A DNA stretch of 64,000 bases from NCBI GenBank assembly GCA_937925685.1, contig CALAMI010000008.1:7125-71124 (forward strand), read 5' to 3'. The DNA is from Candidatus Binatia bacterium (lineage in GTDB: Bacteria; Desulfobacterota; Binatia; HRBIN30). Under the pieces are notes generated by a model. That model saw only the letters and a program-made list of their open reading frames with translations, did not search any database and was not told the DNA's origin. Shown piece after piece: positions 29,935-40,600 of the stretch. The position numbers were made by a program, and so were the translations under genes. The first letter of the stretch is position 1. Every line of letters starts with the position of its first letter.

Positions 29935-31137
29935 ATGGAAGGGGAACATCTGAGGTTCGGCATTTTTCTCGCGCCATTTCACCCTGTCGGGCAGAATCCG
30001 ACACTGGCTCTGCAGCGTGATTTTGAACTGATCGAGTGGTTGGATTGGCTGGGTTTCGACGAAGCATGGATCGGCGAACATCATTCGGCAGGTTATGAGA
30101 TCATTGCCTGCCCCGAGGTCTTTATTGCGGCTGCTGCGGAGCGTACGCGTCGCATCAAACTGGGAACGGGGGTTGTCTCGCTCCCGTATCATCACCCGCT
30201 GATGGTGGCTGAACGCATCATGCAGCTCGACCACCAGACCCGTGGCCGAGTGATGTTTGGCGTCGGTCCCGGGGCGTTGCCATCCGACGCTTTCATGATG
30301 GGTATTGAGGTTGAGCGCCAGCGCGACATGATGGACGAGGCCTTGGCCGCTTTGGTTCCGCTTTTGCGGGGCGAAGCTGTTACCATGGAAACAGAGTGGT
30401 TCAAACTGCGTGATGCCCGTTTGCAACTCGCGCCTTTTACCAAGCCACATGTAGAAATCGCCGTTGCATCGCAGGTTTCCCCTGCCGGTGCCCGTGCTGC
30501 CGGAAAGTACGGCTTGAGCTTGCTCTCGCTCGGGGCGACGACAACGGGCGGCTTTAACGCATTGGCGTCGAATTGGGAAATTTGCGAGACAAAAGCTCGC
30601 CAGTACGGGCAGCAGGTGTCTCGCAAAAATTGGCGCTTGGTGGGGCCCATGCACGTGGCCGAAACACGAGATAAGGCGAGGGAAAACGTCAAGTTTGGCT
30701 TGAAAGCGTGGCTCGATTACTTTCGAGAGGTGGCCGCTTTGCCGCTGGCGCCGGAAGGGCCCATCGACGACGCTGTGGATGCAATGATTGCTTCAGGCTT
30801 GGCGGTCATCGGTACGCCAGAGGACGCGGTTGCCCAGATTTACCGTCTCAAAGAGCAGTCCGGTGGCTTTGGGTGCTTCTTGCAAATGGCGCACGAGTGG
30901 GCGGACCGGGAATCGACCTTACGAAGCTACGAATTGTTTGCCCGCTATGTCATGCCCGAATTTCAGGGGGCCCTTCACGCCCCACGCGCATCGCGCGACT
31001 GGGCAGCGGCGAATCGCACGACGTTCATCGGAGCCGCCGTTCAAGCCATTATGAGCCAAATTGCTCGACATACGGAAGAGCAGCAACAGCAGCAGAAGAA
31101 GGGGGCAACGCAGCCAGCCCGAAAAACTGGGAGTTGA
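29935..31137 (+). CDS. LLM-class flavin-dependent monooxygenase (luciferase-like, limonene 1,2-monooxygenase-like)
   Basis: FGIFLAPFHP, DEAWIGEHHS, KLGTGVVSLPYHHP, GVGPGALPSD. Confidence 0.9.
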   Translation: MEGEHLRFGIFLAPFHPVGQNPTLALQRDFELIEWLDWLGFDEAWIGEHHSAGYEIIACPEVFIAAAAERTRRIKLGTGVVSLPYHHPLMVAERIMQLDHQTRGRVMFGVGPGALPSDAFMMGIEVERQRDMMDEALAALVPLLRGEAVTMETEWFKLRDARLQLAPFTKPHVEIAVASQVSPAGARAAGKYGLSLLSLGATTTGGFNALASNWEICETKARQYGQQVSRKNWRLVGPMHVAETRDKARENVKFGLKAWLDYFREVAALPLAPEGPIDDAVDAMIASGLAVIGTPEDAVAQIYRLKEQSGGFGCFLQMAHEWADRESTLRSYELFARYVMPEFQGALHAPRASRDWAAANRTTFIGAAVQAIMSQIARHTEEQQQQQKKGATQPARKTGS

Positions 31138-31245
31138 AAAGGGCTCAGGGGAGGTTGCTGGCCGTTCGCGGGACGTCTCGACGGGAGAGACAGGCTTTGC
31201 TCGTTTCGCAGGTACCGCGGCTGAGCTTGGGTTTGACGGTTTCAT

Positions 31246-32010
31246 TTACGGGGCCGCGAATTGGCGAAGCACGGTAAGAGATCGCAGCGGCCGGCGCAGG
31301 TGGGGTGCCAGTAGCCCTGACAGCGCAAGCGCGGTTTCGCTGAGAGCCGTGCTGTCGAACCGCTGCGCTTGCGCCTCGTAGAGCGGGAGCTGTTTGAGGT
31401 CCAGCAAAAGTTTTAATGTTGCACCTCGGACGGGGAGCAAACTGCGCTGGGTGGAACGCGGCGAGCAGCTGGAACAGAATACGGCGCTGTGCTCGAGGTC
31501 AAGCACCGCGTCGGTGGCAGCACCGAACACCATCCGACAACGAGAGCACTCGGTGAACTGCGGCCCATACCCGGCTTGTTGCAGGAGCTGCATTTCGAAG
31601 GCACGGAGAAACGGTGCAGTTGCAGGCCCAGTGACGAGTAAGTTTAACGCCTCGTCCAATAGGTGGAAAAGTTCCGGGACGCCTTGCGCCTCTTCCGTCA
31701 GCACGTCGACGAGTTCGACGAGGTACTGTCCGTAGGCTAAACGCTGTGGATCGCTATAGCTTGTGGCCGGCCGGCGAAGCTCGCAGCGCTCTAAGAAAAC
31801 GAGACCAGGAACTGGGCGTGGCCGGTAATGCATGCACACCCGCGCCAACGGATCCAGGCAATTTGCAAAGCGCCGTTTCGAATTCTTTGCTCCCTTGGCA
31901 ATGCCCGTGAGTTTACCAGCTTGGTCGGTCAGGAACGTGACGATTTTGTCGGCTTCCGCATAGGAGCGTACCCGGAGGATGATTGCCTCATGAGCGACGC
32001 TTTGGACCAC
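31246..32010 (-). CDS. recO: DNA repair protein RecO
   Basis: AIILR...YAEADKIVTFLT...GK...IAKGAKNSKRRF, Zn-finger CxxC...CxxC; GTG start inferred. Confidence 0.92.
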   Translation of the reverse strand: MVQSVAHEAIILRVRSYAEADKIVTFLTDQAGKLTGIAKGAKNSKRRFANCLDPLARVCMHYRPRPVPGLVFLERCELRRPATSYSDPQRLAYGQYLVELVDVLTEEAQGVPELFHLLDEALNLLVTGPATAPFLRAFEMQLLQQAGYGPQFTECSRCRMVFGAATDAVLDLEHSAVFCSSCSPRSTQRSLLPVRGATLKLLLDLKQLPLYEAQAQRFDSTALSETALALSGLLAPHLRRPLRSLTVLRQFAAP

Positions 32011-32041
32011 GGTCTTCTCACCAAACCACGGATGACTTTGC

Positions 32042-32070
32042 TTGACAAGGCGGAAATGCGTTCTTAGCTT
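32042..32070 (+). promoter_or_regulatory. Sigma70-type promoter for grpE-dnaK-dnaJ
   Basis: TTGACA-17 nt-TAGCTT, ending about 55 nt upstream of the grpE ATG. Confidence 0.6.
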
Positions 32071-32124
32071 CCAGACCGCTTTCCGTGTACTCTCCGCGAC
32101 GCACTGCCAAGGGGCAAACGCATT

Positions 32125-32751
32125 ATGACCGACGCAATCAAGGACAATACGTTGACGAGCCCGGAAAAAGCCAACGGCACCGATACGGAAACGGCTGAGA
32201 ATCAAGCGCAATCAGCTCCGTCATCGGGCCGAGAGGAACTCGAGGAGCTTCGGGCAAAAGTACGCGAGCTCGAGCTCGAGGTCGAGGAGGCGCGTAAAGC
32301 CTACCTTTACGAGCGTGCTGAGCTCGAAAACTTTAAAAAGCGCGTGCAGCGAGAACAGGCTGACTTGATGCGTTTCGCTACCGAGCCGTTGGTGCGCGAT
32401 CTCTTGCCGGTGGTGGATAATCTCGAAAGGGCACTACAGCACGCAAAAGCGGGGGAGCAGTCCATCATCCAAGGCGTGGAGCTAACCCTAAAGATGTTTC
32501 TGGACGCACTCCAGCGACACGGAGTAACCCGGGTGGAAGCTATTGGGGAAGTTTTTGACCCCGCGCTCCATGAGGCGGTGGCGCACCTGGCCTCGGAGGA
32601 ACATGACGCAAACCGCGTGATCGAACAACATCAAGTGGGCTATATGCTCCACGATCGGCTCGTCCGCCCAGCCTTGGTCAGTGTAAGCCGTGGCCGTGTC
32701 AATGGGGGAGCAAATGGAAGTTCGCTTGCAGCAACGGAAGAGAGTGATTAA
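32125..32751 (+). CDS. grpE: Nucleotide exchange factor GrpE
   Basis: AELENFKKR, LLPVVDNLERAL, FDPALHEAV, GYMLHDRLVRPALV. Confidence 0.96.
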   Translation: MTDAIKDNTLTSPEKANGTDTETAENQAQSAPSSGREELEELRAKVRELELEVEEARKAYLYERAELENFKKRVQREQADLMRFATEPLVRDLLPVVDNLERALQHAKAGEQSIIQGVELTLKMFLDALQRHGVTRVEAIGEVFDPALHEAVAHLASEEHDANRVIEQHQVGYMLHDRLVRPALVSVSRGRVNGGANGSSLAATEESD

Positions 32752-32816
32752 CGCTCGCAGTGGTCCAATAACGTTAAACGAGGCGCGTGAAGGACACGCG
32801 AAGGAGATAGAGGGCG

Positions 32817-34730
32817 ATGAGTAAAGCGATTGGTATCGATCTTGGCACGACAAACTCATGCGTGGCGGTGATGGAGGGTGGCGAGCCTAAAGTCATCACC
32901 AACGCCGAAGGCGGAAGAATTACGCCTTCGGTCGTGGCGTTTACCGATTCTGGCGAAATCCTCGTGGGGCAGATTGCTTACCGGCAAGCCATTACGAACC
33001 CGGAAAACACGATTTTTGCGGTAAAGCGGCTCATGGGTCGAAAGCACAACGACCCTGAGGTACAGCGTGCCATGAAGGTGCTGCCCTATAAAATTGTGTC
33101 TGCCGAGAACGGCGACGCTTGGGTGGAAGTGCGGGGTAAGCGGTACAGTCCCCCAGAAATCTCTGCCTTCATCCTTCAAAAGATGAAGAGAACCGCAGAG
33201 GACTACCTCGGTGAGCCGGTAACCGACGCGGTGATCACAGTGCCGGCTTATTTCAACGACAGCCAGCGTCAGGCCACGAAGGATGCGGGCCGGATCGCCG
33301 GTCTAAACGTGCTCCGGATTATCAACGAGCCGACGGCCGCCGCTTTAGCGTACGGCTTGGATAAAAAGAAAGACGAGAAGATTGCTGTGTTTGACCTTGG
33401 TGGGGGTACGTTCGACATCTCCATCTTGGAAATTGGCGATGGTGTATTCGAAGTAAAGGCGACCAACGGTGACACTTTTCTCGGCGGAGTCGATTTCGAT
33501 CAGCGCATTATCGAGTACCTGGCGGATGAGTTCCGTAAGGATCACGGCATCGACTTACGCAAGGACCGCATGGCCTTACAGCGGCTTAAGGAAGCGGCCG
33601 AGAAGGCGAAATGCGAACTGTCTACCTCGATGGAGACAGAAATCAATTTGCCGTTTATCACCGCCGATGCCTCGGGACCCAAGCACCTGAATATGAAGCT
33701 CACGCGCGCTAAACTCGAGGCATTGTGTGCTGACCTGCTCGATCGGCTCGAAGGGCCGTGCCTAGCTGCGCTAAAAGACGCGGGACTCAGCGCGAGTGAC
33801 ATCGATGAGGTGATCCTCGTCGGTGGAATGACACGCATGCCAGCCGTCCAAGCGCGTGTGCGTAAGTTGTTTGGCAAAGAGCCGCACAAGGGTGTCAATC
33901 CCGACGAGGTGGTAGCCGTCGGCGCCGCGATCCAGGCCGGTGTTCTCCGCGGCGAGGTAAAAGACGTTCTCTTGTTGGATGTCACGCCTTTGTCGCTGGG
34001 GATCGAGACACTCGGTGGGGTCTTCACCAAGATTATCGAACGAAACACGACGATTCCGACCCGTAAGAGCCAGATCTTTTCCACCGCTACTGACAACCAG
34101 ACTGCAGTGACCATCCGAGTGTACCAAGGCGAACGAGAGATGGCCGCAGATAACAAGCTCCTCGGTCAGTTCGATCTCGTGGGTATTCCACCGGCACCGC
34201 GGGGAGTGCCGCAGATTGAAGTGACCTTTGACATCGATGCTAACGGCATTGTGCACGTATCCGCCAAGGACCTTGGCACCGGCAAAGAGCAGTCCATTCG
34301 TATCACGGCGTCAAGCGGTCTTACGGAAGAGGAAATTAAACGCATGGTCAAAGAGGCAGAGATGCACGCTGCTGAAGACCGCAAGCGGCGCGAGACAGCT
34401 GAAGCGCGCAACCAGCTCGATGCGTTGGTGTATCAGACCGAGAAAAACCTGAAGGAGCATGGCGCTGCCCTTGACCAGCCGACGCGTAGCGCCATTGAAG
34501 ATGCACTCGCGCAAGCCAAGAAGGAACTTGAGGGGAACGATGCAGAGGCCATGCGACGCGCGGCTGAGCGACTCACCCAGTCGGCTCATAAGCTTGCCGA
34601 GGTGATCTACCACCGGGCCCGTGGGGCGACGGCGCAGAGCCAAGGTGGTGAGGATCGTAGCGGGGCTTCGACGCAACGTGGTGGCGATGATGCCGTCGAT
34701 GCTGACTTCGAAGAAGTAAAAGGTTCGTAG
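32817..34730 (+). CDS. dnaK: Chaperone DnaK
   Basis: [56 protein letters not shown]. Confidence 0.99.
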   Translation: MSKAIGIDLGTTNSCVAVMEGGEPKVITNAEGGRITPSVVAFTDSGEILVGQIAYRQAITNPENTIFAVKRLMGRKHNDPEVQRAMKVLPYKIVSAENGDAWVEVRGKRYSPPEISAFILQKMKRTAEDYLGEPVTDAVITVPAYFNDSQRQATKDAGRIAGLNVLRIINEPTAAALAYGLDKKKDEKIAVFDLGGGTFDISILEIGDGVFEVKATNGDTFLGGVDFDQRIIEYLADEFRKDHGIDLRKDRMALQRLKEAAEKAKCELSTSMETEINLPFITADASGPKHLNMKLTRAKLEALCADLLDRLEGPCLAALKDAGLSASDIDEVILVGGMTRMPAVQARVRKLFGKEPHKGVNPDEVVAVGAAIQAGVLRGEVKDVLLLDVTPLSLGIETLGGVFTKIIERNTTIPTRKSQIFSTATDNQTAVTIRVYQGEREMAADNKLLGQFDLVGIPPAPRGVPQIEVTFDIDANGIVHVSAKDLGTGKEQSIRITASSGLTEEEIKRMVKEAEMHAAEDRKRRETAEARNQLDALVYQTEKNLKEHGAALDQPTRSAIEDALAQAKKELEGNDAEAMRRAAERLTQSAHKLAEVIYHRARGATAQSQGGEDRSGASTQRGGDDAVDADFEEVKGS

Positions 34731-34752
34731 GCGACCCCGATGCTTCGTATGC

Positions 34753-34790
34753 ACAAAGGCCCTCCCTCGACCATGAGGGAGGGCTTTTGT
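34753..34790 (+). terminator. Stem-loop/terminator between dnaK and dnaJ
   Basis: ACAAAGGCCCTCCCTC-GACCAT-GAGGGAGGGCTTTTGT. Confidence 0.75.
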
Positions 34791-34815
34791 ATCTTGGGCG
34801 GGAGGTCTCTCGACG

Positions 34816-35934
34816 GTGCCGGGCAAGCGAGATTATTACGAAATTTTGGGTGTTAGGCGTTCGGCGAGCTCGGAAGAGATTAAAAAGGCGTACCGCAAGC
34901 TCGCGTTGAAGTATCACCCGGATCGGAATCCAGGCGACAAGGAGGCAGAGGAAAAATTCAAGGAAGCCTCCGAAGCCTATCAGGTCTTGAGCGATCCCGA
35001 GCGCCGCGCCCAGTATGATCGTTTCGGGCACGCGGCCTTCGAGCAAGGGGGGGCAGGTTGTGGGGGGTTTGACTTTTCCGCGAGCACCTTCGAGGATTTG
35101 TTCGGTGAAATCTTCGGAGAGTTTTTTGGAACGAGCGGAAAAAGAAGTCGTTCGCGAGCGCGGCGCGGGGAGGATCTGCGTTACGACTTGGAAATTTCTT
35201 TTGAAGAGGCAGCCTTTGGCACGGAAAAAACCATCCAAGTGCCGCGGCTTGCGAGCTGTGACGCGTGCCGCGGCCGCGGCACGAAGGACGGCGCTGAGCG
35301 TGCAACTTGCCCGACTTGCCGTGGTGTAGGCCAGGTTCGCTACCAACAAGGCTTTTTCACCATCGCCAAGACCTGCGGCCAATGTGCGGGCCAGGGAACG
35401 ATCATACGGGACCCTTGCCGTGTGTGCGGAGGTTCGGGGGTGGTGCAAAAAACACGGGCCCTGAACGTGCGCATCCCCGCCGGAGTTGACACGGGAACTC
35501 GCCTGAAGCTCAGTGGCGAGGGAGAAGTTGGTCGAGGCGGAGGGCCCCCGGGAGACTTGTACGTCGTCTTGCGGGTCCGCGAGCACCCACTGTTTCGCCG
35601 CGAGGGCGTGGATGTACTCTGTGAGGTTCCCATTAGTTTCACCCAAGCAGCGCTTGGAGCGGAAATCGAAGTGCCCACGCTCGAGGGTAAAGTGAAGCTG
35701 AAAATCCCAGCCGGTACCCAATCGGGCACTGTGCTTCGACTGCGGGGAAAAGGTGTGCCCGAACTCCAAGGGCATGGCCGCGGAGATCAACTGGTGCGGA
35801 TTTTGGTTGAAGTTCCTCGCAAACTGTCGCAAAAGCAGCGGGAGCTTTTGGAAGAATTTGCCCGACTCAGCGGCGAGGAAGTTCACCCCTTGGCAAAGGG
35901 TTTTTTTGAAAAAATGAAGGAGATTTTCGGTTGA
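34816..35934 (+). CDS. dnaJ: Chaperone DnaJ
   Basis: J-domain HPD, G/F region, four CxxCxGxG motifs. Confidence 0.98.
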   Translation: MPGKRDYYEILGVRRSASSEEIKKAYRKLALKYHPDRNPGDKEAEEKFKEASEAYQVLSDPERRAQYDRFGHAAFEQGGAGCGGFDFSASTFEDLFGEIFGEFFGTSGKRSRSRARRGEDLRYDLEISFEEAAFGTEKTIQVPRLASCDACRGRGTKDGAERATCPTCRGVGQVRYQQGFFTIAKTCGQCAGQGTIIRDPCRVCGGSGVVQKTRALNVRIPAGVDTGTRLKLSGEGEVGRGGGPPGDLYVVLRVREHPLFRREGVDVLCEVPISFTQAALGAEIEVPTLEGKVKLKIPAGTQSGTVLRLRGKGVPELQGHGRGDQLVRILVEVPRKLSQKQRELLEEFARLSGEEVHPLAKGFFEKMKEIFG

Positions 35935-37607
35935 TGAGCACACGAGCAGCGGGGATCTGGACACTCCCCGTAGTGGTAGGTCTAGGAGCTACTTTGGCGG
36001 GTTGCGCGGCCAAGGTACAGGCACCGCCAGAGCCACCGGCGACGGTGCGTCGGGCCGAAGAAGCGTTTCGTTTGCGCGATTACGAACGTGCCATTGAACT
36101 TTATCGCGCGTACGCGGACTTAGTTCATCGCGATCCCTACGTTCCCCGTGTGCTCTATAAGGCCGGATTGGCCCAGTATCAGTTGGGGCGTTACCAAGAA
36201 ACCTTGAACACTTTGGAAGAGTTACGCTCGCGCTATCCAGATAAGCACTGGGTTCAGGTAGAGGCCTTGCGTGGGGACGCCCTGCGGGCGCTGGGTAACC
36301 CGATTGCGGCAATCGAGGCATGGGATCAGGCTTTCGCGGCCGCGCGGCCAGCGGATGAATCGAAACTACGTTTGCGCGTTGCTACAGTTGCGCGGTCGTT
36401 GTCGGACGAAGACCTCGCTGAAGCCGTCGAACTGGTGCAATCGAAAGCAGCTCGAGAAATTCTCCTAGCCGCAGTGGCACAGCGGCAACAGCCAGAGATC
36501 CCTGAGCCCTTGCCCGACTTTGAGGGCATCGAGCCAACTCCACCGTCAGTTGCTGAACCCGGAGAGGTGGCGCCCTTGGCAGAGGCTGCGCAAGCGGAGG
36601 TGAGCGAGCCCAGCTGGCCAGCGGGCCGAGCTGCGGAGCCACTGGGGACGCCTTGGCGGATTGGCGTGTTGGTCCCCGGCCCAGGGATCGACCGAGGAGT
36701 GGCTCAGGCTGTTCAACTGGCCGTTGGAGCGGAACGTGTAGTGGTGCGGGAGACCACGAGCGACGCAGAAGGGTTACAGGGCGCCTTGCGGGCTTTGGCC
36801 GACGATCCGGGAATTGTGGCAGTGGTGACGCCGGCAGTATTCCCGGGGCTTGCTGCGATTGCCCGCGAATATGCCTTACCCATGGTTAACCTTGGGGGAG
36901 GGGAACCGGCGCCTTATGTGATTGCCGCGGGCCTAACGGAAGGGGAAGCGCTAAATGCCCTGTTGGATTATGCGGTCCGCCGCGCCAGGCTACGACGCTT
37001 CGCCGTCGTCTACCCGAACACCCCGGTTGGCCGACAGTTCTTTGCCCGAGCCCAAAGCGAAATTTTGCGTCACGGCGGCGAAGTCGTCGGTACGGATGCT
37101 TATCCCCCGGATACCCGTGGGGTCTCGGCGGCTTTATTGCGCCGCTGGCGAGATCGCGACAACATGCAAGCTGTGCTGCTTGGGGACCATGTACTCACGG
37201 CCGCCGCCTTCGCTCGGCTGCTTCAGCGAGAAATGCCGGACATCCCTTTGCTGGGCGTAGAAGACTGGGGCCAACTCGCCTCCATGATCCCTGACATCAG
37301 TGGGGTGGCGTTTGCGTCGGTGCTTGCGCTTGCCCAGTCCGAGCATCCTGCAGTGGAAGAGTTCCGGAAATCGCTTGGACGCCTACCCACTTCTCAAGAG
37401 ACCAACGCTTACGAGGCCGCCCGGTGGTTGCAGGACGTGTTAACGAGCTTGCCAGGAAACGTTACACGTGCGGAAATTTGGGCGGCGCTGCAGCGATCCT
37501 ACCGATTTGACGGCGCGAGCGGCACTGTTGAGGTCGCACAGGGGCGTTTCCTTCGTCGGCCTCTCGTTTTTCAGTTTTCCAAGGGTGAGCTGCACGAGGT
37601 TCTCTAA
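35934..37607 (+). CDS. TPR + type I periplasmic-binding-fold lipoprotein (LpoA/LppC-like)
   Basis: Lipobox LAGC, BamD-like TPRs, IGVLVP, FAVVYP...G...F...GG.VV...Y, FDGASG; TGATG coupling to dnaJ. Confidence 0.7.
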   Translation: MSTRAAGIWTLPVVVGLGATLAGCAAKVQAPPEPPATVRRAEEAFRLRDYERAIELYRAYADLVHRDPYVPRVLYKAGLAQYQLGRYQETLNTLEELRSRYPDKHWVQVEALRGDALRALGNPIAAIEAWDQAFAAARPADESKLRLRVATVARSLSDEDLAEAVELVQSKAAREILLAAVAQRQQPEIPEPLPDFEGIEPTPPSVAEPGEVAPLAEAAQAEVSEPSWPAGRAAEPLGTPWRIGVLVPGPGIDRGVAQAVQLAVGAERVVVRETTSDAEGLQGALRALADDPGIVAVVTPAVFPGLAAIAREYALPMVNLGGGEPAPYVIAAGLTEGEALNALLDYAVRRARLRRFAVVYPNTPVGRQFFARAQSEILRHGGEVVGTDAYPPDTRGVSAALLRRWRDRDNMQAVLLGDHVLTAAAFARLLQREMPDIPLLGVEDWGQLASMIPDISGVAFASVLALAQSEHPAVEEFRKSLGRLPTSQETNAYEAARWLQDVLTSLPGNVTRAEIWAALQRSYRFDGASGTVEVAQGRFLRRPLVFQFSKGELHEVL

Positions 37608-37682
37608 GCAACCGCTACCGCATGGCTCGCCCCTGCCGGGGATTGATGTGCTAGAGGCACCGAAGAACCCGTTCCTAGTATC

Positions 37683-40600
37683 TCAGTGTGACCGTGTGGA
37701 GAGTGTTTGAGTAGCGTTCTCTCCCCGTGGTTCGGGTAAGCCAAGGTCTTGAGCGAGGCTTTTTACAAGCTTGTCCACAGAAAAGGATCCCTCTCGCGCT
37801 GCCCGGAAGGCATTTTTGCGAAACTCAGCGACACGCTGGTGGTCGGGCAGGATGATGCCGAGCGGCAGAGCGGCAGTTTTTTCGTCGTTGCGTAAGCGGC
37901 TGACGAGTTTTAACCCGTCTGCCCTTGGCAACGAGAGGTCGACAAGCACAACTTCAGGTTGGACGAGTGGCACCAGTTCCACGACCTGGCGGTAATCGAG
38001 CGCTACCGAGGCAGAACAGCGAATTTTGGCGAGTGCAGTCCGCAGCTCGCTGGTCATTTCAATGTTGTTGCTGGCGACGAGAAGGCGCTGCACAGAACCA
38101 TAGGTGGATAACAGCCACGTGGCACAAGCGTGAACGTCAAAAGGGCTGGGAAAGAAGGTAGCTTCACCGAAGAGGAAACCGAATTTGCCGTCAGCGCAAT
38201 ACGCGAACACAGTCCATGCTCCAGTGTGACTCACTACCCGGGCGAGGGCGGCAATCGGGTCGTGCGCTCGATTCAGAAGGTTGACCGCGAGTAGCAGTGG
38301 CCCTTCTTTGGCGGGTGCGGCGAGGTCAAGGGTATTCAGGTAACGCGCTTGCGGGAGTTGTCTCAGCAAGCGTTGAACTCCCTCACGACATTCTTTGTTT
38401 TCCTCGAGGTGGACGACCGTGAATCCTGGGGTCTTGGCCACTTGTGCCAGTGTAGTCTGGCTCCCGGCCATGGGTTGCGCAGCTGGGAAAGCGTTTTCCG
38501 CCGCCCCAACCGTAGGTGTTGGGCTCGGCTCCTCGAGCGCCGGCTTGGATGATGCCGTCACCACGGCTGCGTCCTGCAGCGCCAGCGTTGGCCGTGGCTT
38601 GCCGCTAGCAGCCGCACGGCGGAGCTCGTCGAGAGCGGCTTCGAGTTGCGCACGCTCCTCTCTCTCGCCCTGCAAACGCCCGTGAAGCTCCTCGACATTC
38701 GCTTCGAGTTCCTGGAGTTCTCGCTGCAACTTTTGGAGCTCTGCTTCCTTGGCCTGCAAAGCATCGGTGCGCTGGTTCAATTCCAGCAGGTAGCCGGCCA
38801 CCACGGCCGAGTGGTTCTGAGCGGCCTCGGCCCGTAGGCGCTCGAGCTCCTCCACGCGTGCTTCCAGCCGGTTCACCTCCGCTTTGTACTTCCGGAGCTC
38901 CTCGGGTGAAAGGCGCTCTTTGCGCAAGCGTTCGCATTCTCGATCGAGTTGGCTAACCAAGGTCTCCAGCTCGGCTACCCGCAGTGTCAAAGCCCCCCGT
39001 TCGGCAGACAGTTCGTCAATGCGTGCGGTTAGTGCAGTTTGCGCCTGCAGTGCGGCCACTCGCTGCTCCTCTCGTTCCTGGCCAAGTTGGCGGATGACGG
39101 CTGAAAGCTTTTCTACTTGCGCTTTTAGCTCCGTGCGCTCGTGTTCCAGCTCCAGCAAATCAGCCGTCGGCATGCCTGGTCGGGCAGCTTTTTCTCGTTG
39201 CCACAAGGCAATTTGTGCTTGCAACTGTGCTTGTTGGGCACGAGCTGCATCGAGGGCGTTGCGCAAGGCATCACGCTCCGCATCGAGCTGTTGGCGTACC
39301 GCCAGGTAGCTTGTCTGCTCCTTGCGGCGGAGCGCCTCGCTCTCCTGCCAACGTGCCACGGCTTCGTCACGCTCTTGCACAGCTCGTTGCTGCGCGGCCG
39401 CCAGTGCGCGATGTTCGTCTGCGAGCCGCTTGAGGTGGCTTTTCAGAGTTTGGTTCTCTTGCGTGAGAACTTCTTGTGCTTGCAGTATCGCGACGGACTG
39501 CTCCTGCAATGCTTGAAGGTGTTCGCGCGCCAGCTCGAGCTCGGCAAGCGTTTTTTCGTAGGCAGTTCTGTTTTCTTCGGCGCGCGCCTCGAGCAGGCTC
39601 GCTCTGTTTTCCAAGCTGCGGTACTGAGCTTGCAAGTCTTCGTAGGCATGCTCTTTGGCGAGCAGGGCCTCTCGAAAGGCGTGCAGCTCTTTCTGAGCCC
39701 CGTCTGCGGCTTCAGTGAGTGCGGCTGCACGTTGAGGCCAAGTGGCAAGCTCGGCTCGCAGCGCAGCAATTTCCTCTTGGTAGCTGCTCTCCGCGCGGGC
39801 GCTTTTCGCGTACGCCTGAGCAAGGGCATTTTGGAGCTCGCCAATTTCGCTTAGCAGGTGATCCCGTTCGTGCTCGAGCGCCAGCACTTTCCGGTCTCGC
39901 TCCGACAAGCTGTTTTGGTACTCTTCGACGAGGCGTACCTTCGTTTTCTCCTGCTCGGCCAGCTGGGCAGTTAATGCCGTGGCGCGAGTTTCCGCCTCTT
40001 CTAGCGCTTGTCGGAACCGCGCGGCCTCGTCCAGCAAGTGTTTGTTTTGCTGCTGCAGCTCGTGCTGCTGTGCCTCCAGCAGACCTTGCCGGTGCGTCTT
40101 TGCTTTCAGGGCTGCATCGAGCTCAGCGTGTCGGCGTCGGCTCTCTTCCTGCTCGGCGTACACGGTGCGGATGAGCGCACCCAAACGCTGTCGATCTCGC
40201 GCCGCGGTATCGGCCTCGGCGATGTGGCGTCGCTCCAGTGCATCGTAAGCCTGAGACTGAAGCCGGTAGGCAAGCTCCCAGCGGGCGCCTTCAGACCGTG
40301 CTTGGGCCGCAGCGAGTGCTGCGGCATGGTGCTCGACCGTGGTTTTTTGCAAGGCCGCATCGAGGACCCGGACTTGCCAGCAAGCCTGTTCGATTTCGGC
40401 TTCGGTATGAAGCCGCTCGAGCTCGAGTTCGTTGATCTTTTGTTGCAAACCAAGCCGATCGCGTTCCCAAGATGCAAGTCGTTCCGCGGAGTGCCGGCGC
40501 TCTTCTGCCAGCTGCTCTCGGTAGGACTCGAGTAAAGCGGTGGTACGGGTAATTTCGGTCTTGACCTCCGAGAGCTGTTGCAGGAGCTCGGTCGCATGTG

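Noticed and set aside
31075-31100. CAG/CAA poly-Gln tract at the end of the LLM monooxygenase
   Set aside because: Only five codons, mixed, in a disordered tail; not a credible contingency locus
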